Below, in pieces: positions 11,501 to 24,546 of a stretch of 64,000 bases of DNA; position 1 is the stretch's first letter, and every line of letters begins with the position of its first letter. The notes beneath the pieces are model-generated. The model was not told the origin of the DNA and did not search any database. It saw only the letters and a list, made by a program, of their open reading frames with translations. Where the stretch lies: assembly GCA_964016885.1 (NCBI GenBank), contig OZ024740.1, positions 330,832,001 to 330,896,000 on the forward strand. The letters are read 5' to 3'. Both the position numbers and the translations under genes were made by a program. Source of the stretch: Eledone cirrhosa (lineage: Eukaryota).

Positions 11501-12511
11501 CAAATTTCAGAAGTCCCATTTACTGCTGAAATGGAAAACACAGAAAAAGCAAAGCAGGTAAAAGTAACTGCAAAGAAAGAACTGCTACAGAAACTGGCTA
11601 AGAAATGGCAAGAAAAGCCTCTGTATGGAAAATACCTAGAGCGAGCTAACAATCCTGATGTTGACAAAACTTTAACCCATCAGTGGTTGGCCTACTCTGG
11701 ACTGAAATCGGAGACTGAAGGACTGATTATATCAGCACAAGATCAGTGTCTGCCAACCAAAAATGACCAAGCCAACATAATAAAAAATGGGTGCAGCCCA
11801 TTATGCCGTGTATGCAAAAAACAACCAGAGACCATTGACCATATAATTTCAATGTGCAGTCCTATAGCTCCAACCGAATACCTAAACAGGCATGACAGAG
11901 CTGCACAATACATACATTGGATAATGTGTAAGCATTTTGACCTGCCCCATCAAAAGAATTGGTGGGAGCATCAACCACCTCCCATACTTGAAAAAGATCA
12001 GATCTCAATCTTGTGGAACTTCAGCACCCAAACAGACCGAAAAATAGATGCAAATAGACCTGATATAATATTGAAGGACTTTAAAAAGAGGGTATGCCTG
12101 CTAATTGATATGTCTGTTCCAATAGACAAGAATGTATCTATAAAAACATTTGAAAAATTGAGCAAGTATAAGGACCTGGAGATAGAAATTGGAAAAATGT
12201 GTAAATTGAGAACTAAAACAATACCAGTGGTTGTAGGCGCTCTGGGAATGATACCTAAGGGGTCTAATGATTATTATCGCAAATCCCAGGAAACCCGCGT
12301 ATAGGAGAAATACAAAAGATAGTACTAATGGGAACTGCCCATATACTAAGGAAGATTCTGTCAATATAAGTACATCACAAGTCTAAACACTAAAGATGCA
12401 TGTGTGAGTATGTATGTTTTTCTTGAACATGGCGTACCTTGTTGTCTCTTGAGGTCACTGGTTGTAACTTGGTGATAACTCGTATGAACATAAAGCAAGA
12501 TAAATGCAACT

Positions 12512-12512
<1 letters not shown>
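8580..12512 (+). mobile_element. R4/Dong-type non-LTR retrotransposon, family B, near full-length and decayed
   Basis: Collinear RT-RLE fragments, ~145-nt 3' UTR, then (TAA)n; 5' boundary uncertain. Confidence 0.88.
8746..12369 (+). pseudogene. RT-RLE polyprotein, family B, with multiple stops and frameshifts
   Basis: [61 protein letters not shown]. Confidence 0.9.

Positions 12513-12558
<46 letters not shown>
12513..12558. repeat. (TAA)n microsatellite
   Basis: Direct reading. Confidence 0.95.
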
Positions 12559-12559
<1 letters not shown>

Positions 12560-12560
12560 T

Positions 12561-13866
12561 AGGGAAGAAGACATACATGGTGGATAGAAGGTCGAGAAAT
12601 CGCTCCCGTAAGTTTTGATTTTTTAACATATTTAAATCAATTGTGAAATAACAATTCTTAGTACAAATGTTGCATAAAACATCCAGCTTGAGTCCCAAAA
12701 AATTCGGATCCACAATATATTGTTATATCGCTAAAATATTCAATTTTGTATTATACATTTTATATAAAAAAAAATGGTTATAAATGGAAGGACACCCCCT
12801 CTGTCTACACTATATAGAACAGCCAAATAACAGCAATCTCACCAACATCAGAAACTAGATACACCACCTACCCCATCACCCCTCTGTGTACACTAAACAC
12901 AACAGCCCGATAACGGCAATTTCACCACCACCACCACCAATCTCAACATAATAATAATAATTACTATTACTATTGCCCCAAGTTTTAGTTTTAACAAAAT
13001 GTTTAATGCCAAAATTATGGGTAAATGTCAACGCATATACGCGACTAACGATAATTTCACTAAAGATAATTTCACCACCAATACCACCACCACTACCACG
13101 ATGAAAACTCTGGTCAAGTCGACTCAAATTTCTACTCCAACTTCAACACAATCACTACAGTAATACGACCACATCACCACCACCGCTGCCTCATTATCGC
13201 TACCGCCGCTATTCTCTCCCACTACCTCCTGCTAGTTGCTGCTACCACAGCACCGCCACCGCCGCCGCTGCCTCAATATCACTGCCGCCGCTATTCTCTC
13301 CCGCTACCCCCTGCTACATTGTAGAATTCTCACCAAAAGAGGAAAACATCGAAATATATAAATAGACTGAATTGATGACCCGATCAAAATAAAAATAAAA
13401 AAAACAATAATCAAAATCAAGTTTTAGTTTTAACAAAATGTTTAATTCCAATATTATGGGTAAATGTCAACACATATACGCGACTAATGATAATTTCACT
13501 AAAGATAATTTCACCACCAATACCACCACCACTACCACGATGAAAACTCTGGTCAAGTCGACTCAAATTTCTACTCCAGCTTCAACACCATCACTACAGT
13601 AATACGACCACATCACCACCACCGCTTCCTCACTATCGCTACCGCCGCTATTCCCTTCCACTACCTCCTACAAGTTGCTGCTAGCACAGCACAGCACCGC
13701 CACCACCCCCACCGCCGCTGCCTTAGTATCACTACCGCCGCTATTCTCTCCCGCTGTCCGCTGCTACATTGTAGAATTCCCACTAAAGAGGAAAACATCA
13801 AAATATATAAATAGACTGAATTGATGACCCGGTCAAAAAAAAAAAAACAACAAAAATCAAAATCAA
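12561..13866. repeat. Non-coding module M, copy 2, with an internal ~440-bp tandem duplication (12981-13419 / 13420-13866)
   Basis: Homology to 7604-8305; the two duplicated units are closely similar. Confidence 0.85.
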
Positions 13867-14039
13867 AGCAGCACAGCAACAACGAAAAACGTAAAGGAAA
13901 TAAAAATGAAGAGAAAAACAAACGGACGGATAGAGGAGGGAAGGGAAAACTAAGTCAGACATTCAAACTCTACATTACAATGAAACTTATGCTTATTCAT
14001 TTTTGTTTTTTTTTCTGCCTGTTTGTTTGTTTGTTTGTT

Positions 14040-17000
14040 TGGGTTCGTCTACAGCGTGATAATGCCACACAAAAGTCACGTGGAGTGACGAAACCACCGG
14101 AGACAAGTAATTCACCGGTGGTTATGTAACCATACATTCGCCAATCCTCGATAAGAGTGTTTAAGTGTCGAACCTAAACAGTTCGAATAACGGTGAAATG
14201 GAGACTAGAATGTCATGTGACAGACTCCCACCCAACAGGTGCTCTCTGGCTCAGCAGCAGGGACCTGGCTGTCAACCAAATACTGCTGGTGTCGGAGGAG
14301 GAAGAAGAAGAAGGAAAGGGACCAGAACCAACTGGACGAAAGAATTGAATAGAACTGTTATGCAATGTTACCTGAAGAGTAACCCAAGGAGAAAGGCTAT
14401 AGGAAAAGGATGCATAACATCTGGAACGAGATTGGTCCATTTAAATTAGATGAACAAAAACTGGCCGGGCAGGCTCGGGTAATAAGAAATAATGGGTGGA
14501 TAAGCGAGCTGGAACTGGAGGAACTGGGCAGAGAGATTAGCTTGGAGATGGAGGGTGGAGTATACCAGGCAAACGAGCCAGTGGAAAATGAAGGTGAAGA
14601 GGTCGAGAGAACGGAGGAACCACCCGAAACAGACAATGATCTGAATGCTGAGATAAATAATACCTGGAACAGAGATACGGCCACTGAGGAGATGAATGCT
14701 GACGGGCTAGGACAAGATTTGGTAGATATCCTAAACTTAGTGCTAGATGAATTGAACAATGATAGTGGGAGACCTATGAACGTAAGATTTGTAGACAGGA
14801 AAAAGTTAAAAGAAACAACAGCTAAGGTAAACAAAGTCATCCCATACCTTGAGGCGAGGAGCCTTCACCAGTGCAACAATATCCTCAAAGCAACAGCAAA
14901 TACGGTGAGGAAACTACTTGGTATAAAAGCGAGAGGAAACAACAGACAACAAAGAGCAGAGCCTTGGTGGAAGAAACGACTGAGTGGTCAAATCAGGGAA
15001 ATGGGAAATGACATTGGAAAGCTTGAGTCCCTACTGAATGGGGCACTAAAAATAGACTGGAAATAAAGTACAAAACTAGGAGGAAAAAGGTAAATATTAT
15101 CATAGAGGAACTGAAGCAACGCATTGTAGTAAAAAGTGCAAAAATCAGGCGATACGAGAACTGAGTCAGTCAGTATAAACAGAACCGCATGTTCGACAAC
15201 AACCAGAAGATGCTGTTTGGACAGCTTGAAGGGAAAGAAAGAGGCAACGACTTGATCCCTGAGGCGGAACAAACTAAAACATTCTGGAGAGGAATATGGG
15301 AGCTGGATGTTAAACACAATGACCAGGCAGTGTGGATTGAGACAATACAGAAGGAGATCAGTGAACAGGCACGCCAACAAACTGATTTGAGTATCACAGT
15401 TGAAACTCTTAAGGGGCAGGCCAAAAAACTAACCAACTGGAAATCACATGGCCCAGATGGTGTGCAGGGGTATTGGATTAAAAACATAACATCCCTCCAC
15501 CCGAAACTGACAACCATGTTCAATGACTGCTTGATGTCAGGTGAGGTACCAGAGTGGTTGACAAAAGGTACCACAGTTCTGATAATGAAAGACCGAATCA
15601 AGGGTAATGATGTTACCAACTATAGACCTATCACATGTCTGTCCGTAATGTGGAAACTGTTGACAAGCATTATGTCTGAGGAAATATACCATCACCACAA
15701 CACAAACAACTTGTTACCGGACAAACAGAAAGGATGCCGAAAGAAGTCACGTGGTACAAAGGACCAGTTACTTATTGATAAGATGGTAATGAGGAATTGC
15801 AAGAGGAGACACACTGGTCTTGCCATGGGATGGATAGACTACAAAAAGGCATTTGGCATGGTGCCTCATTCTTGGATCACCAAAAGCCTGGAAATCTTCA
15901 AGGTGGCAGATAACATCAGGCAGTTGTTGGGCAAAAGTATGAAGTCCTGGGAAACAGAGTTAACATCAACTGGAGAATACTTGGGAAGCGTGAAGATCAA
16001 GAGAGGTATCTTCCAGGGAGATAGTCTGTCCCCTCTGTTGTTTGTCCTTACCCTGATACCCCTGACAAGTGTACTGCGAAAAGTGAGAGCAGGATACAGG
16101 TTGGGAAAGGGAGGGCTTACCATCAATCACCTCCTCTTCGTGGACGATCTTAAGCTCTTCGGGAAGAGTGAGAAAGAGTTGGATGTGCTTGTTGACACGG
16201 TCCGTATTTTCAGCAATGATATATGTATGCAATTTGGTATTAGTAAGTGTGGAGTCATTGTGATGAGGAGGGGAAAGTTGAGCAGAAGTAACGGAATCCA
16301 GATACCAACAGGTGATGTGATAAAAGAAATTGACTCTGAAGAAGGATACAAGTATTTGGGGGTTCTGGAGGCTGATGACATCAAGAACAAAAAAATGAAC
16401 GAATTGATAAGAACTGAATACATTGGGAGAGTAAGGAGCGTATTAAAGTCACATCTGAACAGTAGGAATGCCATAAGTGCAGTAAATTCCCGAGCTGTGT
16501 CTATTATTAGGTACAGTGCGGGAATTCTGAGATGGAATGTTGCTCAAACAAAAAGAAATGGATAGGAAGACTATGAAGCTATTGACTATCTACAATATGT
16601 TCCACAAGAGGAGTGATGTCGATAGACTCTACTTAAGGAGATCTGAGGGTGGAAGAGGTCTTATCAGCATAGAGGACTGTGTTCAGATGGAGAAAAACAA
16701 CCTACACAAATACGTGACTGATAGTAAGGAGCCAATGCTCAGAGCTGTAATGAAGGAGGGGACAATAGGCCAGGTTTGTCCAAGGAGGAAATAACATCAA
16801 GGAGAAAGAGCAGCCTTCAGGAAAAATCCCTTCATAGTACCTTCTTTGAGAAAACTGAATTTAGAGATCCACAGACATGGAACTGGTTGAAAAGAGGAGA
16901 CATTAAAAAAACTACAGAAGGAATGCTAATGGCTGCGTAGTTGCAGGCCCTCAAAACGAAGTGGTTGAAACACCACATTTACAAGGAGGAGGCTAGCCCA

Positions 17001-17652
17001 CTGTGCAGGATCTGTGGAGAGAGAGAGGAGAGTGTGGCTCACATTGTATCCGAGTGTAAACACCTAGCCCAGACTCACTATTAGGGCTGGAGACATGATG
17101 TGATGGGCAGGGTGATCCACTGGCACCTGTGCAAAGTAAACAATTTACCACATTCTGAGAAATGGTATGAGCATAAGCCAGAGGCGGTGATGGAGAACGA
17201 TCAGGTGAAGGTGCTGTGGGATTTTAGGATACAGACGGACAAGAAACTGGAACACAATAGACCTGACCTGGTTGTTTTGGACAAAGAAAAAAGATCGTGC
17301 CTGATTGTGGATGTGGCCTGCCCATTCGACACGAGAGTGCAAGAGAAGGAGAGGGAGAAAATTAACCGATACCAGGACTTAAAGTGGGAGGTAAAAAGGA
17401 TTAGTAACTGCCATGAAGTCAAAGTGATCCCGATTGTCATAGCCGCACTAGGTACTATCTCAAAAAGCTTCCAGGGATGGTTAAAGAATATTGGCCCCTT
17501 CACGCTTTTTGGAACGCTTCAAAAGGCATGCTTGCTGGGAACAGCAAGAACCCTCCGATACGTCCTGAATATCTGAGGCTGCAGGTAGTGGCTTAATATT
17601 CATCTCAACAAACTTTCCAGTTAACTAACATCAATGACTTAGACTCAAAGAG
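14040..17652 (+). mobile_element. R4/Dong-type non-LTR retrotransposon, family A copy 2, near full-length and decayed
   Basis: Collinear ORF fragments; 3' UTR matches 1892-1977; followed by (AAT)n; 5' boundary uncertain. Confidence 0.9.
14198..17576 (+). pseudogene. RT-RLE polyprotein, family A, with several stops and frameshifts
   Basis: Fragments 14165-14449, 14410-15066, 15189-16565 (FVDD), 16537-16794, 17100-17576; high similarity to ORF 26-1891. Confidence 0.9.
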
Positions 17653-17680
17653 TAATAACAATAATAATAATAATAATAAT
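17653..17680. repeat. (AAT)n tract between Dong-A2 and Tx1 copy 2
   Basis: Direct reading. Confidence 0.9.
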
Positions 17681-20600
17681 GATGATTCCTTTATTGGCCA
17701 CAAGGGCTGACATCAAGAAAAACATCACAGACGGAACAGGACGGTACGATGTGGGTTTTGTGCGTGTAAATATTTTTATTATTTATATAAGAAAAGAAAA
17801 AAAGACATAAAAGATATATATATATAAACAATAAAATGAAAATTGAAACAATGAAAAATTCCCTAATAGGGGGAAACGTCCGAGGGTTACTCGTGGCGAA
17901 AACCACACAAAAGACCACGGCCACCCTGACTACAAGGGCAAGCCCCCTCTCCCAATTTTTCCATCTCTCAAACTACAGACGTATATTCAGACTCGGACCA
18001 TTCTCGCTACATTTAACTTGCTAGAAAGCAGCACTTGCCTCTCCACCCTGATTTTCCTCTTCAAGTGAAACTTGAAAAAGTTAATCAGGGATTCGCCGAA
18101 GAGGAAAGTGTTTGTCTTTAATCCTTTTAACCTTGTCCACCACACAATCTCTTTCGCCATGGCCACCAGTCAGATGAAAAGCGCCTGCCCTTCCTCCTCA
18201 AGGGAAGACGGCGAGACCATCTGCACAATGGACTCAGTCGACAACCGGATCAGTCCCACACGTGACAGCAACTGTTCGACATAACTCCACAAGTCTGCAA
18301 GGCCCGGGAACTGAATGAGTGCGTGCACAACGGTTTCGTCTCTATGCGCGCATCTCGGACAGGCTCGGCTGACGGCACTTCCGTGCCTGTAGAGCTTATC
18401 TCGAACCGGAGCGCTCCCCGGTATCACTGCCAGGCCAGGGATTTTTGGAAGTTATCCATAGACCCTGGGCTGAAAGTTCTCCGGAAGAGAGCAAGCAGCT
18501 GATCTTCTTCGACGCGCAGGATCTCTCCGAGAACGTCGTCGCTCTTCCCCTCCACTAGTCCTCTATAGAACGCCGAGGTGGATGTTCCACCGATACTGGT
18601 GCCCAACTGGGTGAGGGCAGTGAGCGCCTGGAGACATTCCAGTTTCCAAGCGCTATCCCTCGGTCTTTTTCTGACCCAGGACTGCAGCTCCGTCAAGGAG
18701 ACGAGCTGTGGGAAAATGTGCCTGGCGACCACACCCGTTCATCATCAAGGAAGCACCAGAGATGTAGCAGCCTCAGCGCATGTTTGCGCATCATCAGCCA
18801 TGGCATGCCCTGTCCTCCACGCAACGGGTGTTGACAGCAGATGGATCGTCTGACCATGGGAGCGCGTCCCTTCCACAAAAAGCGGAAGAGGAGGCGCTCC
18901 ATTTTGGTGAGAGTTGGGCTGGAGCAAGGGACGACGGTGAGGCGGTAGCAGATGACGGATGCGATGTACGCATTCGCCACTTCCGCCCGGCCTTTCAGGG
19001 ACAGCTCCCTCTCAGCCCATTTCTGGGTGAGGGAGGCCACCCTGCTCGCCACCTCCTTCCAGTTTTTCTCCATCTGGAGGTCCGATCCGAACCAGACCCC
19101 GAGCAATTCAACCGGTCCGTCCGTCCACCGCCCCACGACGCTGTCAGACGGCATAGACTTGCCTCTCCAGGTGCCTAGCTGCAAGCCCACCGACTTTTCC
19201 TGGTTTATCTTTGATCTTGTCACGGTTTCGTATTCCTTGAGAGTGGTGCCGAGCATCTGGACGTGTCTGATGCTCGACACCACCACGGTCACGTCGTCAG
19301 CGTAAGCCGACTCGGATTTCCCGCATCCTAGTTCGCGTGGGACGCCCCTCATCGCCCCCAGTTTGTGCAGTAACGGCTCGAGAGCCAATAGGTACAAGAG
19401 GGACGAGAGGGGACGGCCCTGACGGAGTGAGCGCTTGACAGGTGACCGTTCACCATCACAACTGAGTAGATGTCGCTGTACATTGCTGCGATCCAACGCC
19501 TGAAAACGGGCCCGAAACCGGCTTCCTCGAGGAAGCCCCCAGGTACCAATATCGAATGCTTTGGATTGATCCAAGTTGATCAGGGCCCCACTCTTGCCAT
19601 GTTCCTTAACCACCCTCTCTATGATGTATCGCATGAGGTGGAGGTTGTCGTTTATGGATCTGTCCGGGATGGCGCATATCTGCGCCTCTCCCACCAGACA
19701 CTTGACGACAAGCACCAACCTCGTTGCTAACACCTTGGCCAAAATCTTGAACTCTGCGTTTAGCAGGGTTATGGGCCTGAACTTATCAATAACATCCCGC
19801 TTGTTCGGGTCTTTTCTCAGCAGCGCCACTGCTCCCCGGCTCACAAAACTGGGAATGCTCCCGTTCTGCTGCCAGTTGCAGTAGACGTCTGCCAAGAGGT
19901 CACCGAATAAGTCTGGCATAAATGCATAAAGCTCGTAGGGCAGACCATCTAAACCTGGTGATTTAGCTCTTGTACAGTTAGCCATCGCTTCCCGTATTTC
20001 ACCGGCTGTTATTGGCTTTTCGCAACACCGTGCTGCGGTCGTCGAGAGCCGAGGCAGTCCGTCGATGTATGCACTGAAGTCCATGTCCCGATCCGGGCCG
20101 CCGCCGCTCCCGAACAGTTCAGCAAATGCTGCTGAAAAGCTTCACACATCCGCTCGGGTTCGAGCATCACGCACCCGTTTGAGTCAGACAAAGATCGAAT
20201 TGTGGCTTTGTTGCCGCGTCGCGCCTCTGCCACCCGGGCCCATTGGACGGCTTTTGTCCCCTCCTGTTTCAGAGCACGCGCTCTAGCTCTGACAAAGCAG
20301 CCTTGGTGTTTTACGTTGAAAAATTGGTCGAGTGCCAATCTCGCCGCAAGCACGTCGTTTGCGATGCCTGTCCTATACGCCTCTTCTAGCTTTCTGACTA
20401 GCTCTCCCTCTACTCTATTTTCCTCTATCACTACTTCTTTGCTAAACCTAATGCCCTTTTCTGAGCGAACCACCACCTGTTGTTGACGACCGATCCCGTC
20501 AACGCCCGCTTAACTAATACGCTAATCCGGTCTCTGTAGGCTTTGCGCGCCGCGAAAACGCGTTCAGCTTCCAGTAACCAGGCCCTTGTCTATGAAGTCT

Positions 20601-22685
20601 GTCTATGTAGATCTCACAGATCACAAATTTGTGGTCTGTGTAGTCGACTATTTTAAATTGTGGACAACTTATACTAGACCTATCTAGTTCTCTGCAGAAT
20701 ACCCTATCGAGATACGATCTGGATGACCCGAGCGGTTTGTCCATGTCCACATTGGCACATTCGGGTGATCCAGTCGATACCTGTCAGACAGTTCAAAACG
20801 TCTTAACAGGTTGGTGAGGCTCTTGCGCTTTCCTCCCCTATCCACTAGCCCCACACAATCCCAGCGTACATCCAAGATACCGTTCCAGTCGCCCACTAAC
20901 ACTAAAGAGCGGGACGTTACAAGAAAGGTCTCTAGACGTCTGAAGAAATCTGGCCGTCCTGCCCCTATTGGGGCGTAGACGGCTACTAGCCTGAAAGCAT
21001 TGCCTTCTCTGCCGGTCACGTCCAGCACCACCGACTTACCTTCTGGGTCTAGGAAGATGGCCCGTATCGCGAGATCCAAGTATCTCCGAAAAAGGACGGC
21101 AACCCCTCCCCCGATCCTGGACGGCTGGGAGATGCGTATACATCGTAGCCGTCGAAGATCGGTGCGAAGGCTTGTGCTTCGGAGATTCTGGTTTCACTGA
21201 TGGCCACCACATCTATGTTTAGTGACCTGAGGTCGTTGACCAGGTGACCCTGCTTCCAAGATGACCCCAGGCCACGTGCATTTATACTGCCTATTCTGTG
21301 TACGGCCATGTTGGATGAGAAACGGGGAAAGTGAGAAAGGGACACTTACCTTGATCGTGTGGTGAAGGGACAGTAGACCCGTCTCTTTCGCAGGTCATGG
21401 GTGTTTCCAAGAGGATGTCAGTGTATATCCTCTTGGTAACCGATTCTCTGAAGTATCAAACTGCGTTGGGGATTTTTTGTTTTAAAGGTTTGTACTGTTC
21501 TATTGAGATGTCGATGATGCTTATGTTTGACGGGAGAGTTCTTGGTGTTGGGCGGTGTAGTAGTTGTTTTCTGTGATGTCTATGTACTGCTTTATATATT
21601 GTATGAGTTCTTTTTTTGCCATGTTTATGGCTGTGTACTTTTGGGGGGGAGGGGTGATGTTGTTGCTGTTTTCTTCTTGTTGCTGTTTGATGTGTGTGTC
21701 TTGTTGTGTTTGCGTTGTTTGTGTTTTTGGTGATGCTGGTGGTGGTGTGGTTGTTGTTGTCAGTGGTGCTTGTGGTGGTGATGGTGGTGGTGTTGCTGCA
21801 AGTTTCCTTGCAGCCTTTACCCCTCTTTGTATGCCTTCGCTTTTGGAGGGTGAATCTAAGGGGTTTTATCTTTTTCGTTTTTTGTGGCAGAGAGTTTGCC
21901 ACTTCACTCCCGCCTCAAACTCCATGTCGGATTCTGTGGCGTCTGGGAGGGGTATGTGCTCCACAGCTGTTGGTGGTTGTAGTGGAGCCCTCTTCGGCAA
22001 TGTTGTTGCTGGTGTAACGACTTCAAATGTAGCTATTGGTGTTTCCGCCACTGATGATGCTGATTTAGTTGTCCGTAGCCTTGGTACGGGTGTTACGGAC
22101 GTTGCCCTCCTACTCACCGTGGAAGGAGCTTCTGCGTTTGTTGCCTGCCCTACTCTTGGTAGCAGCGGACCAGGTATTGGAAGGAGAGGGGCCTTCTTCT
22201 TTACTGTCTTCTGCGGGCAAAAGGCCCTGAGGTGACCCTTCGACCCACAGAGATAACATTTTGGCCGTCTTTCTTCTACATTTATAGGGAGTTGGAGTCC
22301 TTCTTCGATGTCTATGATATCGGGGATAGCCTCGATACATTCCATGTCAGTTTGTATAAGCATTTTCAAGCCTATACCTGACCAGTTCTCTCTCCCTATT
22401 TTTTCTACTTGCAGCATGGTCGTCTTGTTCTAGATTCTAGCAAGGACAGACGCGGCCAGCCAAGGTATGGGCACGTCGGGTGGGACCTGAGTCTCTTTGA
22501 CCCTCACAATTTTCTTCCCGCAGTAGGAGGGCACCAAGACTATCTCCTCACTCTGTAGGGTTACCAAAGTGTGAGACTTTGCTTCCTGGGGGGTGGCGAA
22601 TAGTACGTTTACTGTGGCGTACTTTCTGCCTCGGGTGATGTGGGTTTTGCGTGCCCAGACGCACCCCAAGGCCTTTTTGATTTGA
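17681..22685 (-). mobile_element. Tx1/L1-clade element copy 2 (diverged subfamily), 5'-truncated within ORF1, with complete 3' UTR
   Basis: ORF1 fragments (CYLCGSKGHLRAFC) at 21346-22685; ORF2 fragments from ATG at 21309 down to ~17950 with APE motifs, YADD and CPRC..H; 3' end cccttgtggccAATAAAggaatcatcatt. Confidence 0.9.
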
Positions 22686-22696
22686 AAATAACAATA

Positions 22697-22880
22697 ATAA
22701 TTGTTTCTACTTTTGGCACAAGGCCAGCAATTACCCAGTACATTACTGGTACTTTATTTTATCGACCCCGTAAGGATGAAAGGCAAAGTTAAACTCGGTG
22801 CGATTTGAACTAAGAATGGCAAGGGGCGTAATTCTATGCGTCAAAGCATATTGTCCGACCCTCTACCGATACTGCCAATC
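22697..22880 (-). mobile_element. tRNA-derived SINE
   Basis: A-box-like tggcagtatcgg, B box gttcaaatc, shared body and tail ggccttgtgccaaaagtagaaacaattatt. Confidence 0.85.
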
Positions 22881-22927
22881 AATAATAATAAGTATGGACG
22901 AGATGTCAATTTTTTATTACGTTTATT

Positions 22928-22993
22928 CAGGGTGATCCGTGTTTTGCGATCTCTATAGATAGGGTCCGATTCTAGAAGCTCATCAGACTCCTG
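22928..22993 (-). ncRNA. Degenerate type I hammerhead-like motif
   Basis: Minus strand: cagg(a)gt CTGATGA gc..gc aAAAc acgg ATC accctg; GAAA is mutated to AAAA. Confidence 0.35.
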
Positions 22994-23000
22994 TAAATTG

Positions 23001-23033
<33 letters not shown>

Positions 23034-23035
23034 TG

Positions 23036-23124
<89 letters not shown>

Positions 23125-23194
23125 ATACATATTAGAATGAGAGGTTATTTTACAAAATGAGAAATAACCGAGGTGTCCTACACGAGTGAATATA

Positions 23195-23455
23195 TAAATA
23201 AAAAAAGATAAAATCGAAAATCCAACTGCAGTCTTATTTTAAAAAATATATATATATCTATTTGGTTCTTTTACCGGTTCCGCAGTTCTTCTGCTTTTCA
23301 AAAGTAGAATTGAGATGGAGGTTCTGTAGTTTTTCTCGCAGACCTTCCATCACAACTCTACTTTTGAAAAGCAGAAGAACTGCGAAACCACAAATAAATA
23401 TATATATTTTTTTTAAATAACATTCCAGTTGCATTTTCGATTTCATATTTTTTTC

Positions 23456-23460
<5 letters not shown>
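23195..23460. repeat. Inverted-repeat element between (TA)n tracts, with decayed hammerhead-like arms
   Basis: Arms fold about ~23330; composite arm ttgaaaa-gcag aagaa ctgc-GAAAccggTA-aaag resembles an HHR with a mutated core. Confidence 0.6.
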
Positions 23461-23522
<62 letters not shown>

Positions 23523-24333
23523 GCAGCAGTGCCCTGTAATACCCGGGAAAGGAGGAGCTTTTCGCAGTACCCACAGTGCGCCTGAAAATGCTAGCGACAC
23601 TGGGTGCCCATACTGGATTTTCAATTACAACCTTTGCTCGGTGTGTTTATGGGAGATCTTTTTTTTGTGTGGAACTATCAATAACTGTTTAAGTCATAAG
23701 TCCTTCTTCCATCCAGCATTCTTCATTGAGAGTATTAATCTGGGGTAGTTTGAGCTCGAATAACAAACTTACTGCATTAGCGTTCAAGAACAAACACAGA
23801 ACAATTGAGGAATTCCTCGCAGTTATTGAAGAAATTATAACCGAGTGAACATATTCAGGTACTTTTCAAACACCCTATATATCAGCGTTTTTAATGCCCT
23901 TCAAATGACTGAAGCAATTTAATAAAACCATCCCGTTTTCTCCATATAGTAGATATACCCACGAAAACACTCCATAATAAGTCGGATAAACAATCAGAAA
24001 TATTGGTACTAAATAGGGACTTGTAACGTTCACTGTTGCAAAGCGTCAATAATGGAGGAGAAGTTACATCTTAATTCGTGTTAATCTTCCCCCGATCCGA
24101 CACCTCGAAATATTAACAAAAGAAACTCTACTCTGAAAGACGGCGTCTTACAATTAACATGCCGAGAGTACGAATATTCGTTAACATGCTATTTGGGTTT
24201 TAGTCTTCGGACTAATCTGAAGGTAAGCCAACTTCCAGGTCATTGATCATCATAGATTTTTGTAACTTATCACCGATTCCTGCATTGGGACACTATTGTG
24301 AACTAAGCGTGTTCAGAATCCATATCAGGATGT

Positions 24334-24364
<31 letters not shown>

Positions 24365-24480
24365 GTAATCTGAGTTTTTCGAATAATAACATTCGATTCG
24401 TTTGCAATTATGCAAACAGGCCTCAATTTTATAGCCATGTCAGTAGAATGAACACTTCATTCATGCCCTTGTGTTCGCAT

Positions 24481-24546
24481 GCGAACAGAACTGCAAACAC
24501 TAATGTTTCTGGATTTCACCCTTCATCAGTACACCTCACTGTTCAC
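24481..24546 (-). ncRNA. Type I hammerhead ribozyme motif (H1)
   Basis: gtgaacag..tgta CTGATGA agggtgaaatcca GAAA cattagt GTT tgca..ctgttcgc, with extended stem I; mutated copies at 24584-24641 (+), 25195-25230 (+) and 55371-55429 (+). Confidence 0.7.

Noticed and set aside
14074-14124. Hammerhead-like half: gtcac/gtgac GAAA ccaccgg..ccggtg GTT
   Set aside because: No CTGANGA core (acacaaaa in its place) and no stem I
181-22340. Many antisense or overlapping ORFs within the LINEs (e.g. 442-789, 5552-6193, 6506-7096, 21564-22235)
   Set aside because: Shadow frames of retrotransposon coding or low-complexity sequence, with no domain motifs
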